Shown in pieces: positions 13,023 to 23,600 of a stretch of DNA of 64,000 nt. The notes under the pieces were generated by a model. It had not been told where the DNA came from and ran no database searches. It saw only the letters and a list, made by a program, of their open reading frames with translations. The DNA comes from Caldisericia bacterium (GTDB lineage: Bacteria > Caldisericota > Caldisericia > JAAYUI01): NCBI GenBank assembly GCA_963674785.1, contig OY771555.1:1792001-1856000 (forward strand), written 5' to 3'. Made by a program: the position numbers and the translations under genes. The stretch's first letter is position 1; every line of letters begins with the position of its first letter.

Positions 13023-14507
13023 ATGATCAATTTAATGATAGCCCTGCATTGTCATATACCCTACGTAAGGAAGCGTGGTATTTGGCCATACGGAGAAGAA
13101 TGGATTTATGAGTCAATGCTCGAATCATACATTCCGTTACTGATGGTTTTGGAAGACCTTTCAAAAATAGACGTAAGGAATGTCTTGTCTATATCGATTT
13201 CTCCGATATTACTCGAGCAACTATCTGATGAGTATATCAGAGCAGGTTTTGATAAATATCTCGAAAACAGAATAAAGCTTACAAAAATGGATTGCCTGGA
13301 TTTCAGAAAAAAGGGTTGGTCAAATCTGGAAGCTTTAGCAGAAAGTAAATCGAATCATTTGACTCGAATTTCTGAGTTTTGGTCAAAAATTGGAAAAGAC
13401 ATAATCACCGAGTTTTCAAAATTTGAAAAACTTGGATTAATAGAGATCGGGGCATCTTCTGCGACTCATGCAATACTACCCCTTCTTTCAAAAAAGTCGA
13501 TTGATGAACAAATCAAAATAGGAATGCAGACACTAAAACACAGATTAGATATCACACCAAATTATTTCTGGCTTCCTGAATGTGCTTACAAACTGGGACT
13601 TGAGGAAGACCTGAGGGACGCTGGAGTAAAATTTATCTTTCTTGGCAGCAGTGCAACAACTGACGAATCGTTCAAAGCATACAAACTTGGCAACACAGAC
13701 ATCATTTCTGTCTCTCGACAGTGGAATCTCTCAAAAATGATCTGGTCATCAGAAAACGGATACCCAAGCGATACAAGATATCGTGAGTACAAAAAGAGGT
13801 ATAGACGTTCTGGAAATAGATACTGGAAAAAGACCGGTTCAAAAGTCACCCTCCCAAACAAAGAGATATTTAATCCTGATGAGAGCAAAACCGTAATATC
13901 TGAACATGTTACTGACTTTGTGAGTAGAGTTAATGAAATGAACGAGGAAACCAAGGATAAGTTCGTTTTGGTTTCGCTGGATGCAGAAGTCTTAGGGCAC
14001 ACATGGTTTGAAGGCATCGATTGGCTCAGGGGTGTAATTACCGCACTACATGAAAATGAATCTGAACAAATAACGCTTTGCACCCCAAAAAGCGTTATCT
14101 CTCAAGTCAATAAAGACTCAATTGATTCTATCAGACCCGAGGTCTGTAGTTGGGGAAAAGATGCTGATCTAAGGGCGTGGGATAGACCAGCGGTAACTTG
14201 GATGTGGGAAGAATTAGGAACGATGGCTTCAAAATACTTTGACCTTACAAAGAACGAAACCACGAACAAAGACTACCTGAATCAGCTTCAAAGGGAATTA
14301 CTTTTGTCTCAATCTTCGGATTGGCCTTTCCTTGTTACAAACAAAAACGCCAGGGTCTATGGTGAGAGAAGATTCAGAATGCACATGAGAGCATTCTGGA
14401 ATATAGTTGATATGATCGAAACCGGATTCAAGGATTTCAATTTTCAAGCATTACTTGAAAAGGATAATCCATTTCCATTTCTTGATCATCTTGACAGCAA
14501 AGACTAG
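13023..14507 (+). CDS. GH57 1,4-alpha-glucan branching enzyme (DUF1957)
   Basis: LHCHIPYV, WLPECAY nucleophile, DAEVLGHTWFEG, QSSDWPF; start after AGGAGG. Confidence 0.88.
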   Translation: MINLMIALHCHIPYVRKRGIWPYGEEWIYESMLESYIPLLMVLEDLSKIDVRNVLSISISPILLEQLSDEYIRAGFDKYLENRIKLTKMDCLDFRKKGWSNLEALAESKSNHLTRISEFWSKIGKDIITEFSKFEKLGLIEIGASSATHAILPLLSKKSIDEQIKIGMQTLKHRLDITPNYFWLPECAYKLGLEEDLRDAGVKFIFLGSSATTDESFKAYKLGNTDIISVSRQWNLSKMIWSSENGYPSDTRYREYKKRYRRSGNRYWKKTGSKVTLPNKEIFNPDESKTVISEHVTDFVSRVNEMNEETKDKFVLVSLDAEVLGHTWFEGIDWLRGVITALHENESEQITLCTPKSVISQVNKDSIDSIRPEVCSWGKDADLRAWDRPAVTWMWEELGTMASKYFDLTKNETTNKDYLNQLQRELLLSQSSDWPFLVTNKNARVYGERRFRMHMRAFWNIVDMIETGFKDFNFQALLEKDNPFPFLDHLDSKD

Positions 14508-14938
14508 TCTCGACTCAAAATCTCTGGTTCAAGAACGATATCACTGATTGAGGATTTTCCGATTGGGCATATGTCGCACGCCTTTCTCAGTAGCCTTTCT
14601 GTTCTTTCAACATTCTTCTGTTCATCAACTTGGATTTTTACTTTGATCACAATTTGAGAAATTCTGAAAAACCCATCGATGAACTCCATTGAACCCACTG
14701 CATTAGATTTATAGGATATAAGCTTTATCTTTGTTTTACCTATAAAATCGAGGAACGTCGTCATAATGCAGATTGCATTTGCTGCCACAAACATATCCTC
14801 TGGGGTAACAATCCCTCCAGGGCCATTGAATTCTTTTGGGCAAGCAACCTGAATTTTATCAAAGTCACCATTTAGAAAACCCTGATATTCCTTTTCCCAG
14901 TCAACTGAAACTTCGTAATTAAAAACTTTTCTCATCAT
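14504..14938 (-). CDS. OsmC/Ohr-family protein
   Basis: PKEFNGPG..TPEDMF...C and CPIGKS conserved Cys pair; start uncertain. Confidence 0.82.
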   Translation of the reverse strand: MMRKVFNYEVSVDWEKEYQGFLNGDFDKIQVACPKEFNGPGGIVTPEDMFVAANAICIMTTFLDFIGKTKIKLISYKSNAVGSMEFIDGFFRISQIVIKVKIQVDEQKNVERTERLLRKACDICPIGKSSISDIVLEPEILSRD

Positions 14939-15037
14939 ATTCATATTAGTTTTAATAATTCTCAAACTCCATGATGTCAAGTCTTGAAGATTTTCGATTC
15001 TCAGATAAAATCAAGGAACTCGAAAGGAAGGTGTTTT

Positions 15038-15481
15038 ATGATTAATTATAATTTAGCAATATTTGAGAACGCAGCCTTATTTCCTGGTAAAGCAGGAAAC
15101 TGGATGTTTGGCGCAGTAGTATTGTTTTTCGTTATTATGCTTGCATTTGCAATCGGAAATTATATTTCAGTAAAACTTCTGAAACCCACACACAGAGATT
15201 TAGGAAGAGTTTTCTATCTTGCATTGATTTGGTTCTGTACAAATATTGTATTAGCACTGTTCCTAAGGGGGCAAAACCTTCTTGTTAACATTCTTTCTCT
15301 TATCGCATTTTACTTCGAAACAAAATTCCTTATGGATTATAAATGGGGCAAAGCCATTATTGCAGTGATTATACCAATTATTGTTGCAATAATAATTATT
15401 GGAATCTTATGGTTCGCAATCCCAGGTAATCTAGTACAAAAAGCACTATTCCCTCAGGCTTCAAACCTTAAGATCTGGTAG
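15038..15481 (+). CDS. Hypothetical integral membrane protein
   Basis: About four hydrophobic helices; GGAAGGTG SD. Confidence 0.7.
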   Translation: MINYNLAIFENAALFPGKAGNWMFGAVVLFFVIMLAFAIGNYISVKLLKPTHRDLGRVFYLALIWFCTNIVLALFLRGQNLLVNILSLIAFYFETKFLMDYKWGKAIIAVIIPIIVAIIIIGILWFAIPGNLVQKALFPQASNLKIW

Positions 15482-15492
15482 AAAGAATCAAG

Positions 15493-16359
15493 ATGGATTT
15501 TAGCACTCTTTCAACAGGAAAACTTGTTCGAATGGTCAGAATGGCATTCGAACATGGCCCAGGAAATGGTAAACTTTTAATTCTCCCGATTGACCAGGGA
15601 GTAGAACACGGCCCAATTGACTTCATGGCAAACCCTGAGTCAAAAGACCCCAGGTACCAATTTCAGCTCGCTCTCGAAGGCAACTACTCTGCAATTGCTG
15701 TTCATATTGGGCTTGCTCAAAGGTACTTAAGTGAGTTTGCTGGACTCGTTCCATTGGTTCTGAAGGTCAATGGCAAAACAAATATACCTTCTGATGACGA
15801 CGCATTTTCACCACTTACATCTTCTGTTGAAGATGCTGTCAAAATCGGAGCAGACGCCGTTGGTTACACACTCTATGTTGGCTCTCCAAGACAAGACGAC
15901 GATATTGCCCAACTCTCATACGTTAGGGCTGAATGCGACAGATTCGGAATGCCACTGATTGTCTGGTCATATCCAAGAGGAAAAGCAGTCGAAGCAAAAG
16001 GCGGAAAAAACTCACTCTATGCAATTGATTACGCCTCAAGGCTTGCACTCGAACTTGGTGCTGACGTAATCAAATTGAATTACCCAACAGTCGAATCATC
16101 CGGAGAACCAGATAAATACAAAAATCTTAAAGATGACGAAATAACGATGATGAAACGAATCGTTGAATCCGCAGGAAAAGCTGGTGTGATAGTCTCTGGT
16201 GGGTCAAAGATTTCGGATGAAAAGCTTCTTCTTAAGGTTAAAAACTCTCTTTCCGCTGGTGTTATGGGATTTATCTTTGGACGAAACATGTGGCAAAGAC
16301 CGATGGATCAAGCGTTGGAGTTATCTGATAAGATACACTCAACAATATCAGGCGAATAA
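15493..16359 (+). CDS. Class I (DhnA-type) fructose-bisphosphate aldolase
   Basis: LPIDQGVEHGP, GADAVGYT, WSYPRG, ELGADVIK Schiff-base Lys, GRNMWQ. Confidence 0.92.
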   Translation: MDFSTLSTGKLVRMVRMAFEHGPGNGKLLILPIDQGVEHGPIDFMANPESKDPRYQFQLALEGNYSAIAVHIGLAQRYLSEFAGLVPLVLKVNGKTNIPSDDDAFSPLTSSVEDAVKIGADAVGYTLYVGSPRQDDDIAQLSYVRAECDRFGMPLIVWSYPRGKAVEAKGGKNSLYAIDYASRLALELGADVIKLNYPTVESSGEPDKYKNLKDDEITMMKRIVESAGKAGVIVSGGSKISDEKLLLKVKNSLSAGVMGFIFGRNMWQRPMDQALELSDKIHSTISGE

Positions 16360-16382
16360 AAAAACTTAAGTCATACAAAAAT

Positions 16383-16413
16383 AAAAAAGGGTGCCTTTTG
16401 GCACCCTTTTTTT
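16383..16413. terminator. Bidirectional intrinsic terminator
   Basis: AAAAAAGGGTGCC-TTTT-GGCACCCTTTTTTT between convergent genes. Confidence 0.9.
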
Positions 16414-16431
16414 GACCTGTAGAATCTTTTC

Positions 16432-17490
16432 TTATCTATCTTTTTCTGTTTCTGAGATTGGTGGAATCTGGGATGGGTCAACTGGAACTGGTTCAGGCAT
16501 TTCAATTGGTTCAGACATATCAAACTCTTTTACGTTTGTGGGAAGCTCGATTGTTCCGACATTTCCAAGTTCCGACAAAAGAAGGTAAATTGGCTCCTGT
16601 CGATTGCTATATTTGCCATCGGCAATCTTTGCATCAAACCCCATCACAATTCCATCATCAACATAAACTTCACCGTTGAAAGACTGTTTTACGTTTTCTG
16701 CAACACCAGAGATATAAAACCTATCATAAGATTTTTCATGAAGTAAGATCGGTTCAAGCTTTGAAACCTGTACACCATCCATTGATAATACGCTATTTAT
16801 GATTTCAAAGTATGTTTCAATCATCTGTGTGGGGGTTTCACTCTGGAGTCCTTCAATTGTCTCTTTCATCCATCCATCAAACTGGGGGTCGTACATGTAA
16901 ACAGTGTCCCCGTCGAGAATCTCTGATATTTCAACGTCATCAGAAGGACTCTTATGTACAATTTTTTGTCTATTTCCACTGACATAGATAGTAAGGAGTT
17001 CTTCAGTCGTGACAGATTCTGGAGCAATTCCAATATTTGCTTTATAATTTGAAATACCGGTCAAAAATTTCAATCCAGGGACGGAACTTAGAAGTTCTCC
17101 TGGTGGAATTGGGTCAGGATACTCAGTTGGTTTATTTTCATTTAGAGGAGAATTATCAGAGGAATTCTCATCCGCAGAATCTGAAGGCAAAAGAACTACC
17201 TCTTCAAAGAAATCTTTTTCAATCTTCACAGTAAAAAGGATATTTTCATATCCCTCTTTGGAGATTTTCACTTCATACTCGCCTGCATTTATCCCCTCAA
17301 AAGCAAACATTCCTTCATCATTTGTTTTTGCAGTTGTTCCGTCAAATGTAACATCGACATCCTTTATGGCTTTGTGTGTAAATCCATCTCGAACAGTTCC
17401 TTCATATCGATAGGTTTCTCCACCACAAGAAACCATAACGATCGACAAAACCATAACAATTGATAACATCAACAATATTGATTTTTTCAT
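16432..17490 (-). CDS. Lipoprotein with carboxypeptidase-regulatory-like domain and possible LolA-like C-terminal domain
   Basis: Lipobox MVSC; GTVRD...TNDEGMF...ISKEGY pattern; the LolA-like call is tentative. Confidence 0.75.
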   Translation of the reverse strand: MKKSILLMLSIVMVLSIVMVSCGGETYRYEGTVRDGFTHKAIKDVDVTFDGTTAKTNDEGMFAFEGINAGEYEVKISKEGYENILFTVKIEKDFFEEVVLLPSDSADENSSDNSPLNENKPTEYPDPIPPGELLSSVPGLKFLTGISNYKANIGIAPESVTTEELLTIYVSGNRQKIVHKSPSDDVEISEILDGDTVYMYDPQFDGWMKETIEGLQSETPTQMIETYFEIINSVLSMDGVQVSKLEPILLHEKSYDRFYISGVAENVKQSFNGEVYVDDGIVMGFDAKIADGKYSNRQEPIYLLLSELGNVGTIELPTNVKEFDMSEPIEMPEPVPVDPSQIPPISETEKDR

Positions 17491-17496
17491 TATCTT

Positions 17497-18141
17497 TTAT
17501 CTCCTTAAACTTCTTACAAAATTGGATAATCTCTTTTTTCTCTCATCATCTGAATTAAAAAAGCTCGAGCCTGAAACCAAAACATCAGCACCAGAATAAA
17601 CAAGCTTTTGTACATTTTCCATATTCACACCACCATCAACCTCAAGAACAAATGACCCAGGAAGAGAACGAATCTCTTTAACTCGAGTAAAGGTCTCAGG
17701 TATAAACTTCTGTCCTGACCTTCCAGGTACGACACCCATAACCGTTATAATGTCAACTTCCTTTGATACATCTTTTAGCTTTGACACATCAGTAGCAGGT
17801 GAAATCGCAACACCTGCGAGCATATCCAATCCTTTTGTTTCTTCAATCATCCTCATATGGTTAATATCACATTCGATATGCCATACAAACGCAGTCGATT
17901 TCATGTTCCCAAATCGCTTTACATAATCTTGTGGATTTGTCACCATCAAATGTGCCCAACATGGAATTTTTGCGCTTTTGCAGAGATACTCGCATGTCCT
18001 AATACATAATCCAAGGTTTGGAACAAAATGACCATCCATGACATCAAGATGCACGACATCTGCATATTTCTCAATCAACTGCAGTTCTCCCTGAAAATCA
18101 AGATGATTTCCAGCCATTATTGAAGGAGCTAACTTTGTCAT
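17497..18141 (-). CDS. rpe: Ribulose-phosphate 3-epimerase
   Basis: APSI, HLDVMDGHFVPN, HLMV and EVDGGV motifs. Confidence 0.96.
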   Translation of the reverse strand: MTKLAPSIMAGNHLDFQGELQLIEKYADVVHLDVMDGHFVPNLGLCIRTCEYLCKSAKIPCWAHLMVTNPQDYVKRFGNMKSTAFVWHIECDINHMRMIEETKGLDMLAGVAISPATDVSKLKDVSKEVDIITVMGVVPGRSGQKFIPETFTRVKEIRSLPGSFVLEVDGGVNMENVQKLVYSGADVLVSGSSFFNSDDERKKRLSNFVRSLRR

Positions 18142-18827
18142 GGTTTTATATAAAGATCTATTGGATTCTCAGAATCAACCCTCATCCCGGCCTCAGGGTC
18201 TTGTCTGACAACATATCCGCCCGGAGTTGATGAATAAGTTGACATATCTGTTATGTATTTCTGACGAATCCGTTCAGCATTAAAACCAGATTGTCCAATT
18301 AGCTCAACTGCCTCTTCCGGAGTAAGCCCAATCAGGTCAGGCATAACAGAGTACGAGGTGACCGCAATTTCCAAATTAACAGGTGTATCTCTTCCAACCA
18401 TTGCCCCTGGTGCTGGGAACTGATCCTCAATAACACCAACGACATTACTGGTGGATTCAACCTCGGTGATACTGCCAAGTTTTAAACGCTCACTTATTAT
18501 CTTTTTTTGTGCTTCATAGAAACTCATACCAACAAGATTCGGCATTTCAGACTTACCCCTGCCCTTTGAAACAACAATCGATACTGGTCTAGAGCTCTTA
18601 ATTAATTCATCTTCAATCGGCGTTTGAGATATGATGCTTCCTTTTGGCACATACTCAGAATACTTCTCCTCAATAACCTCAAGTGTAATCCCAAACTCAC
18701 TGGCAATTCTATTTGCTGTCTCAGTATTCAGATTCACCAATCTTGGGACAACCACAAGCATATCAGAGGATGCCTGGTTACAACCCAAAATGAATAACAA
18801 AAGAAGTATCACTGATAGTTTTTTCAC
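18138..18827 (-). CDS. PASTA-repeat lipoprotein (3 PASTA domains)
   Basis: GTG start gives KKLSVILLLLFILGC lipobox; three (V/M)PxLxG...Q.P repeats. Confidence 0.85.
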   Translation of the reverse strand: MKKLSVILLLLFILGCNQASSDMLVVVPRLVNLNTETANRIASEFGITLEVIEEKYSEYVPKGSIISQTPIEDELIKSSRPVSIVVSKGRGKSEMPNLVGMSFYEAQKKIISERLKLGSITEVESTSNVVGVIEDQFPAPGAMVGRDTPVNLEIAVTSYSVMPDLIGLTPEEAVELIGQSGFNAERIRQKYITDMSTYSSTPGGYVVRQDPEAGMRVDSENPIDLYIKP

Positions 18828-18843
18828 AGTCCACAATTTTAGC

Positions 18844-20496
18844 TTATTTGGATTTTTTATCAAGCCCTGACCTCTTTTTATGCTGGATTCGGAAGTGTTT
18901 CCCAGCAAACCGATGAGACTCATCACGAATCTGTTTTAAAAGCCTTAAAGCGAATCCATTTTCTTCAAGCCTGATGGGTTCGGTTTTTCCAGGAACAAAG
19001 ACTAACTCTTCTTGTTTTGCAAGAGAAATAATCTCAACATCAACATCCCTGAATATATCCTCAGCTACACCAAGTTGACCTTTTCCTCCATCGATAACCA
19101 AAAGATTTGGTTTTTCAGCAAAATCTTCGTCTTCCCATCTATTCTTTCTTCTTGATAAAACCTCTTCCATCATTTGATAATCATTTGGAGTATCGATTGA
19201 TTTTATCTTATATATACGATAGCCCTTCTTAAAAGGTCTTCCATCTTTAAAGGTCACCTGCGAGCCTACTGCGGATTTTCCCTGGATATTTGCAATATCA
19301 TATCCCTCAATCAAAACTGGAAGTTTTTTTAAACCCAGAAGTTTTTTTAACTCATTAACAGCATTATTGCCAACCGCAATCTTTTCCCTTCTGTGGATTT
19401 CTGCAAGATGATGAGCAGCATTTGTTTTTGCCATCTCAACAAGCTTCACCTTATCGCCACGCTTGGGTTGAATTATTTTGATTTTCCTTTTAAAGGTTCG
19501 TGCTTCATTGATGAAGTCGAGCAACTCCCTTTCGTTTTCAGGATGGTTCGAAACCAATATCTCGCTTGGGATATCCGATCCTTCGCTTGTACTATAGAAA
19601 TCAGCCATAACAGTACCGAGATACTCTGAAAGGGTTGAGCCAAAATTTGAACCTGCAAAAAAATGTTGATGAAGAATCAACCGACCCGATCGAACCTTCA
19701 TAAACTCAACACACGCCCTCTCATTTGTCCCAACAACTGCAAAAACATCTCTATCGATTGTTTCATCTGAGACAACTCTTTGTGATTCCATAATAAAATG
19801 AAGCTGGTTTATCGACTCGCGGTATCTGGCAGCCTCTTCAAATTTCAGCTTTGCAGAAGCTGCTTCCATTTGATTGATGAGAGTTTTTTCAAGTTTTTTA
19901 TATCTTCCAGAAAGTAGAAGAAGGAGTTCCGAAATGATCTCATTATACTCATCTTGAGATATTGAATCGTTGCATGGAGCAGAACATATTCCAATATGAT
20001 AATCAAGGCATGGTCTCGATTTTTGTTCCGGCAAAATAAGTTTGCATGTTCTTACCGGGTAGTATTGCCTCAAAGTCCTCATATTTATTTTGAAGCTACC
20101 ACCCTTTGTATTTGGTCCAAAAAAATGACCAGAAAGACTCTCTTTGTTTCTTGTTCGAAGAAGCCTCGGGAATGCTTCTTTTGTTACGACAAGATAGCTA
20201 TAGTCTTTATCGTCCCTCATCAGAATATTGTAATGGGGTTGATATTGCTTTATAAGATTGTTCTCTAAAACCAAAGCTTCATGGGCAGAGTTCGTGACAA
20301 TAAAATCAATATCTCTTGCATGAGAGACCATTGCTTTTACCTTTGGAGACTGATCAGAAGGATTAATATACGAGGTGGCTCTATCCCTGAGAGACTTCGC
20401 CTTTCCTACATAGATTACCTTTCCATCAGAATCCTTAAAAAGATAAACTCCGGGTTCTTTTGGTAAGTTCGAGATTCGATCATTCAGCGTTTTCAT
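18844..20496 (-). CDS. uvrC: Excinuclease ABC subunit C (no C-terminal HhH domain)
   Basis: PGVYLF/YVGKAKSLR GIY-YIG, UVR domain, DGGKGQL, RDESHRFA. Confidence 0.95.
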   Translation of the reverse strand: MKTLNDRISNLPKEPGVYLFKDSDGKVIYVGKAKSLRDRATSYINPSDQSPKVKAMVSHARDIDFIVTNSAHEALVLENNLIKQYQPHYNILMRDDKDYSYLVVTKEAFPRLLRTRNKESLSGHFFGPNTKGGSFKINMRTLRQYYPVRTCKLILPEQKSRPCLDYHIGICSAPCNDSISQDEYNEIISELLLLLSGRYKKLEKTLINQMEAASAKLKFEEAARYRESINQLHFIMESQRVVSDETIDRDVFAVVGTNERACVEFMKVRSGRLILHQHFFAGSNFGSTLSEYLGTVMADFYSTSEGSDIPSEILVSNHPENERELLDFINEARTFKRKIKIIQPKRGDKVKLVEMAKTNAAHHLAEIHRREKIAVGNNAVNELKKLLGLKKLPVLIEGYDIANIQGKSAVGSQVTFKDGRPFKKGYRIYKIKSIDTPNDYQMMEEVLSRRKNRWEDEDFAEKPNLLVIDGGKGQLGVAEDIFRDVDVEIISLAKQEELVFVPGKTEPIRLEENGFALRLLKQIRDESHRFAGKHFRIQHKKRSGLDKKSK

Positions 20497-20698
20497 CCAC
20501 CCACCAGAGCCAAGTTCTGTTTTTAAACTCGCCCTTGATGAAACCCTGTGCCTTTAATGAAGGAAGAAATCTACCAGCTGCATCATCACAGGCTATGCCT
20601 TGAGCCTTGATTTCAGCTTCAATCTCTTTTGTCTCCATCTTGCCATTTCCCTTAAGGATATCAATTACAAATTCTGCTTCATCTGGAATTTCTGTCAT
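20480..20698 (-). CDS. Small hypothetical protein, possible winged HTH
   Basis: 72 aa, overlaps both neighbours; LKAQGFI..WWV wing-like pattern. Confidence 0.6.
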   Translation of the reverse strand: MTEIPDEAEFVIDILKGNGKMETKEIEAEIKAQGIACDDAAGRFLPSLKAQGFIKGEFKNRTWLWWVDENAE

Positions 20699-23600
20699 GG
20701 TGTATACTCCAAATAGATTTTATCTTTCCCTTTTTTGGGCTCACAATAAGCGCCGATTATCTCACAAATCGATTCAAACTCAACAAACACCTTTGAACCT
20801 TCTATAATCACAGGCTTGTTTGCTTTAAACCTTTCGAGACCTGCATGTATTTCGTTTTCATCATGTGCAAGGCTCAAGTCCCAAACCTCAAACCTTCCCA
20901 CACACCTCTTCCTATCGGGAAGCACTTTCAACTCTCCCCCAAGAACAGACAACAAGGCAGATGCATCAACCAATATTGATGTCCCATCAGCTCGTGATTC
21001 TATTAGAACACCTGTATCATGGTTGTTGATCTCAACGGTGAAATCTTTAGTGTCTATGAGTATTTCCAGATTAGCATTTTCTCTAAATGGATTGTATTCA
21101 ATTGGGATCAGCCTTGTCCCACCATTTGACTCAACTGTTACGAATCCTCTCTCTGGAACCAATGGTGTATCAAATCCAATTTCAAAAGTCAGGGATATTT
21201 CGTCACCGGTTTCAAAATCATTTATAGATGGTTTAATATATGGAAGATCAACTGAAACTGTACCACTCAACACACCTACACCACCATTAGAAATTTTTAC
21301 CTCTGGGATTTTTGCGTTTTCCTCAATTCCAAGAATCCTTCGAATCTTGTATTCGAGATTTCGAACTCCCTGCTCCCAAAAGCCAATTTCGGTGTGAACC
21401 CACTGCATGTTCTTGTCAACAAGAACAAGTCTCGGAATTGATTTCGCCTCATATGCAATCTGAGCAGTTTTTTCAGGTTTGTCATCATAAACCATTGGAT
21501 ACGTAATCTTATCTAAACCAAGTTTCTTAAGATTTGTTTTTATTCTGGAATCGCTTTCAAGGGTATCCAAAATATCATCATCAGTTATGCCCTCAGCATC
21601 AGTAATAACACCCATCACATACAAACCATTGTCTTTGTATAATCGATGTAATCGCTCAATGTATGGCATTCCCATTTTACATGGGGGGCACCATGTTGCC
21701 CAGATATCAATCAACACAAGATCAACGTTATCTCTGGAAACAATCTCTTCAAGTTCTGTTTTTCCACCTTCAGATAACGGGTAGTTTCTCAGATTAAAAT
21801 TTGGTGCAGGCCTGTAACCACCAAGCCTATCTTGAAAATCATTGATCTGGATTCTTGTTGAATCAACCTCAAGAATTGGTTCTGTCACACTACCTTTAAC
21901 TTTTTTAGAAATAATAACTGTTGCATCATCAAACTGTGAAATTGTCGAATCAGTAAACTCAGCGAGAAGCTTTACAGGACCATAAAGAAACCCACCAATC
22001 ATCTCAAAGGTTTTTGAGAATTCAATCTCTCTGCCGGAATCATTTACAAATTTACTTCCAAGATCAAATGTCACATCATTTCCGCCGGAGATTATCCTTA
22101 CAGAGTTTGATGATGGAAAAATAACATTTGAACCAATTGATTCTAAAATCAATCCGATTGGTCCATAGGGTTCATCCCCCGATTCACACTTCTCCGGAAG
22201 AGGTTTAACTAAACCATCAATCTTAATCTCATCCAAACCATCATGAAAAGAGGTAAGTGTTTGGTCAAGACCAATGTTCCAACACCTGATAGGTAAATGA
22301 ACCGAATTTGAGTTACCTAGAAGAGTAACTTCAAAAGATTCATAACTCTTATTCCAATTGATTTCATCAGGGTTAAAGCTTAGAGCAACTTTAGCTGGAG
22401 ATTTATCGAAAGCGCCATTTAAAACAGTAATTGCAGATGAACTTGATGTGACTCTTCCGCTTCCAGCCTTACCACCAGAGTTTGAAATATTTATCGAGTC
22501 GATATCTGGAGGAATAAACCCATACCCATCAATAATCTTGATAATCGCCTGTTCTAAATAAAGCATTTGATCAGATGAATACTGTGGAAGCCAAAAAACA
22601 AGTTTGTTGTCATTATCAGCAACATAAATCCTTGGAAACTCAGAGCCAGGGAACTCTGAACATACCTGACCAACCGTATCAAAAATGATAGGGGTTGTTA
22701 CATTTGTAAGTGACATTTTAGCGAGATTTTCTTTGATAATCCTGTTTCCTGAAAAAAAGCTTTCCACATATGTATCGGTTGGGATTTCGGCTGATACAAG
22801 ATATGTTTTTAGACCTTTGCCAAAATACCTGTCGTGAATAGATTCGATGTATGGAATCAAAGCAGAGCTTTCATCACTTGTATCAAAAAAACAATAGAGC
22901 TTGAAGTTTTCTTCATCATCTGTTGAATTATAAACATTACCTGATTTCATTGGATAAACTGGGCACGAGAAATCATCCATTTTGTAGGAAAACACTGACT
23001 CGGAATACACAAGATCAAAACTTTTTTTGTCAGTAATCAGGAATGAATCTGTCTCCTTTTTTCCAATCATCGATACGGTTTTTCCATCAGTTGATTCACC
23101 AATCTGCCATCCAAAAGCAAGTGAATACACAGTCCATGGAAGATAGACATTGGTTTCATTCATAACCTCAAAATCAAACTTCCAATTCATGAGTTCATCG
23201 TTCAACAAGAAATCACCATTGTCTACGTTTAATCTTAGATTTTTTCCATCAACAAAAATTGACAGTTCTTTTGCCACTGAATCAAATCCATATGAGCCAC
23301 CAACGGCTGAAATGATTTTATCAGAATTTGTAGAGACCAAACCATCAATGCCTATTATCTTATCTGTTTGAATCTGTCCGTTGATATACCAAGTTTTTGT
23401 TTCGCTGCTGTCAAAAAAGATTGTACCCTTTGGATATATATTTACATCAACGGTGCATATCAATCTGCCATTATTCGTCGAAATTAAAACATAGTTTTTT
23501 CCAAAAAATCCATCTGCAGAATAAACAGAAGTTACCTTAACAGAATCACTATCAACTTTTGTGACCTCGATATTGTCGCCAATAACCTCGAAAGAATCGA

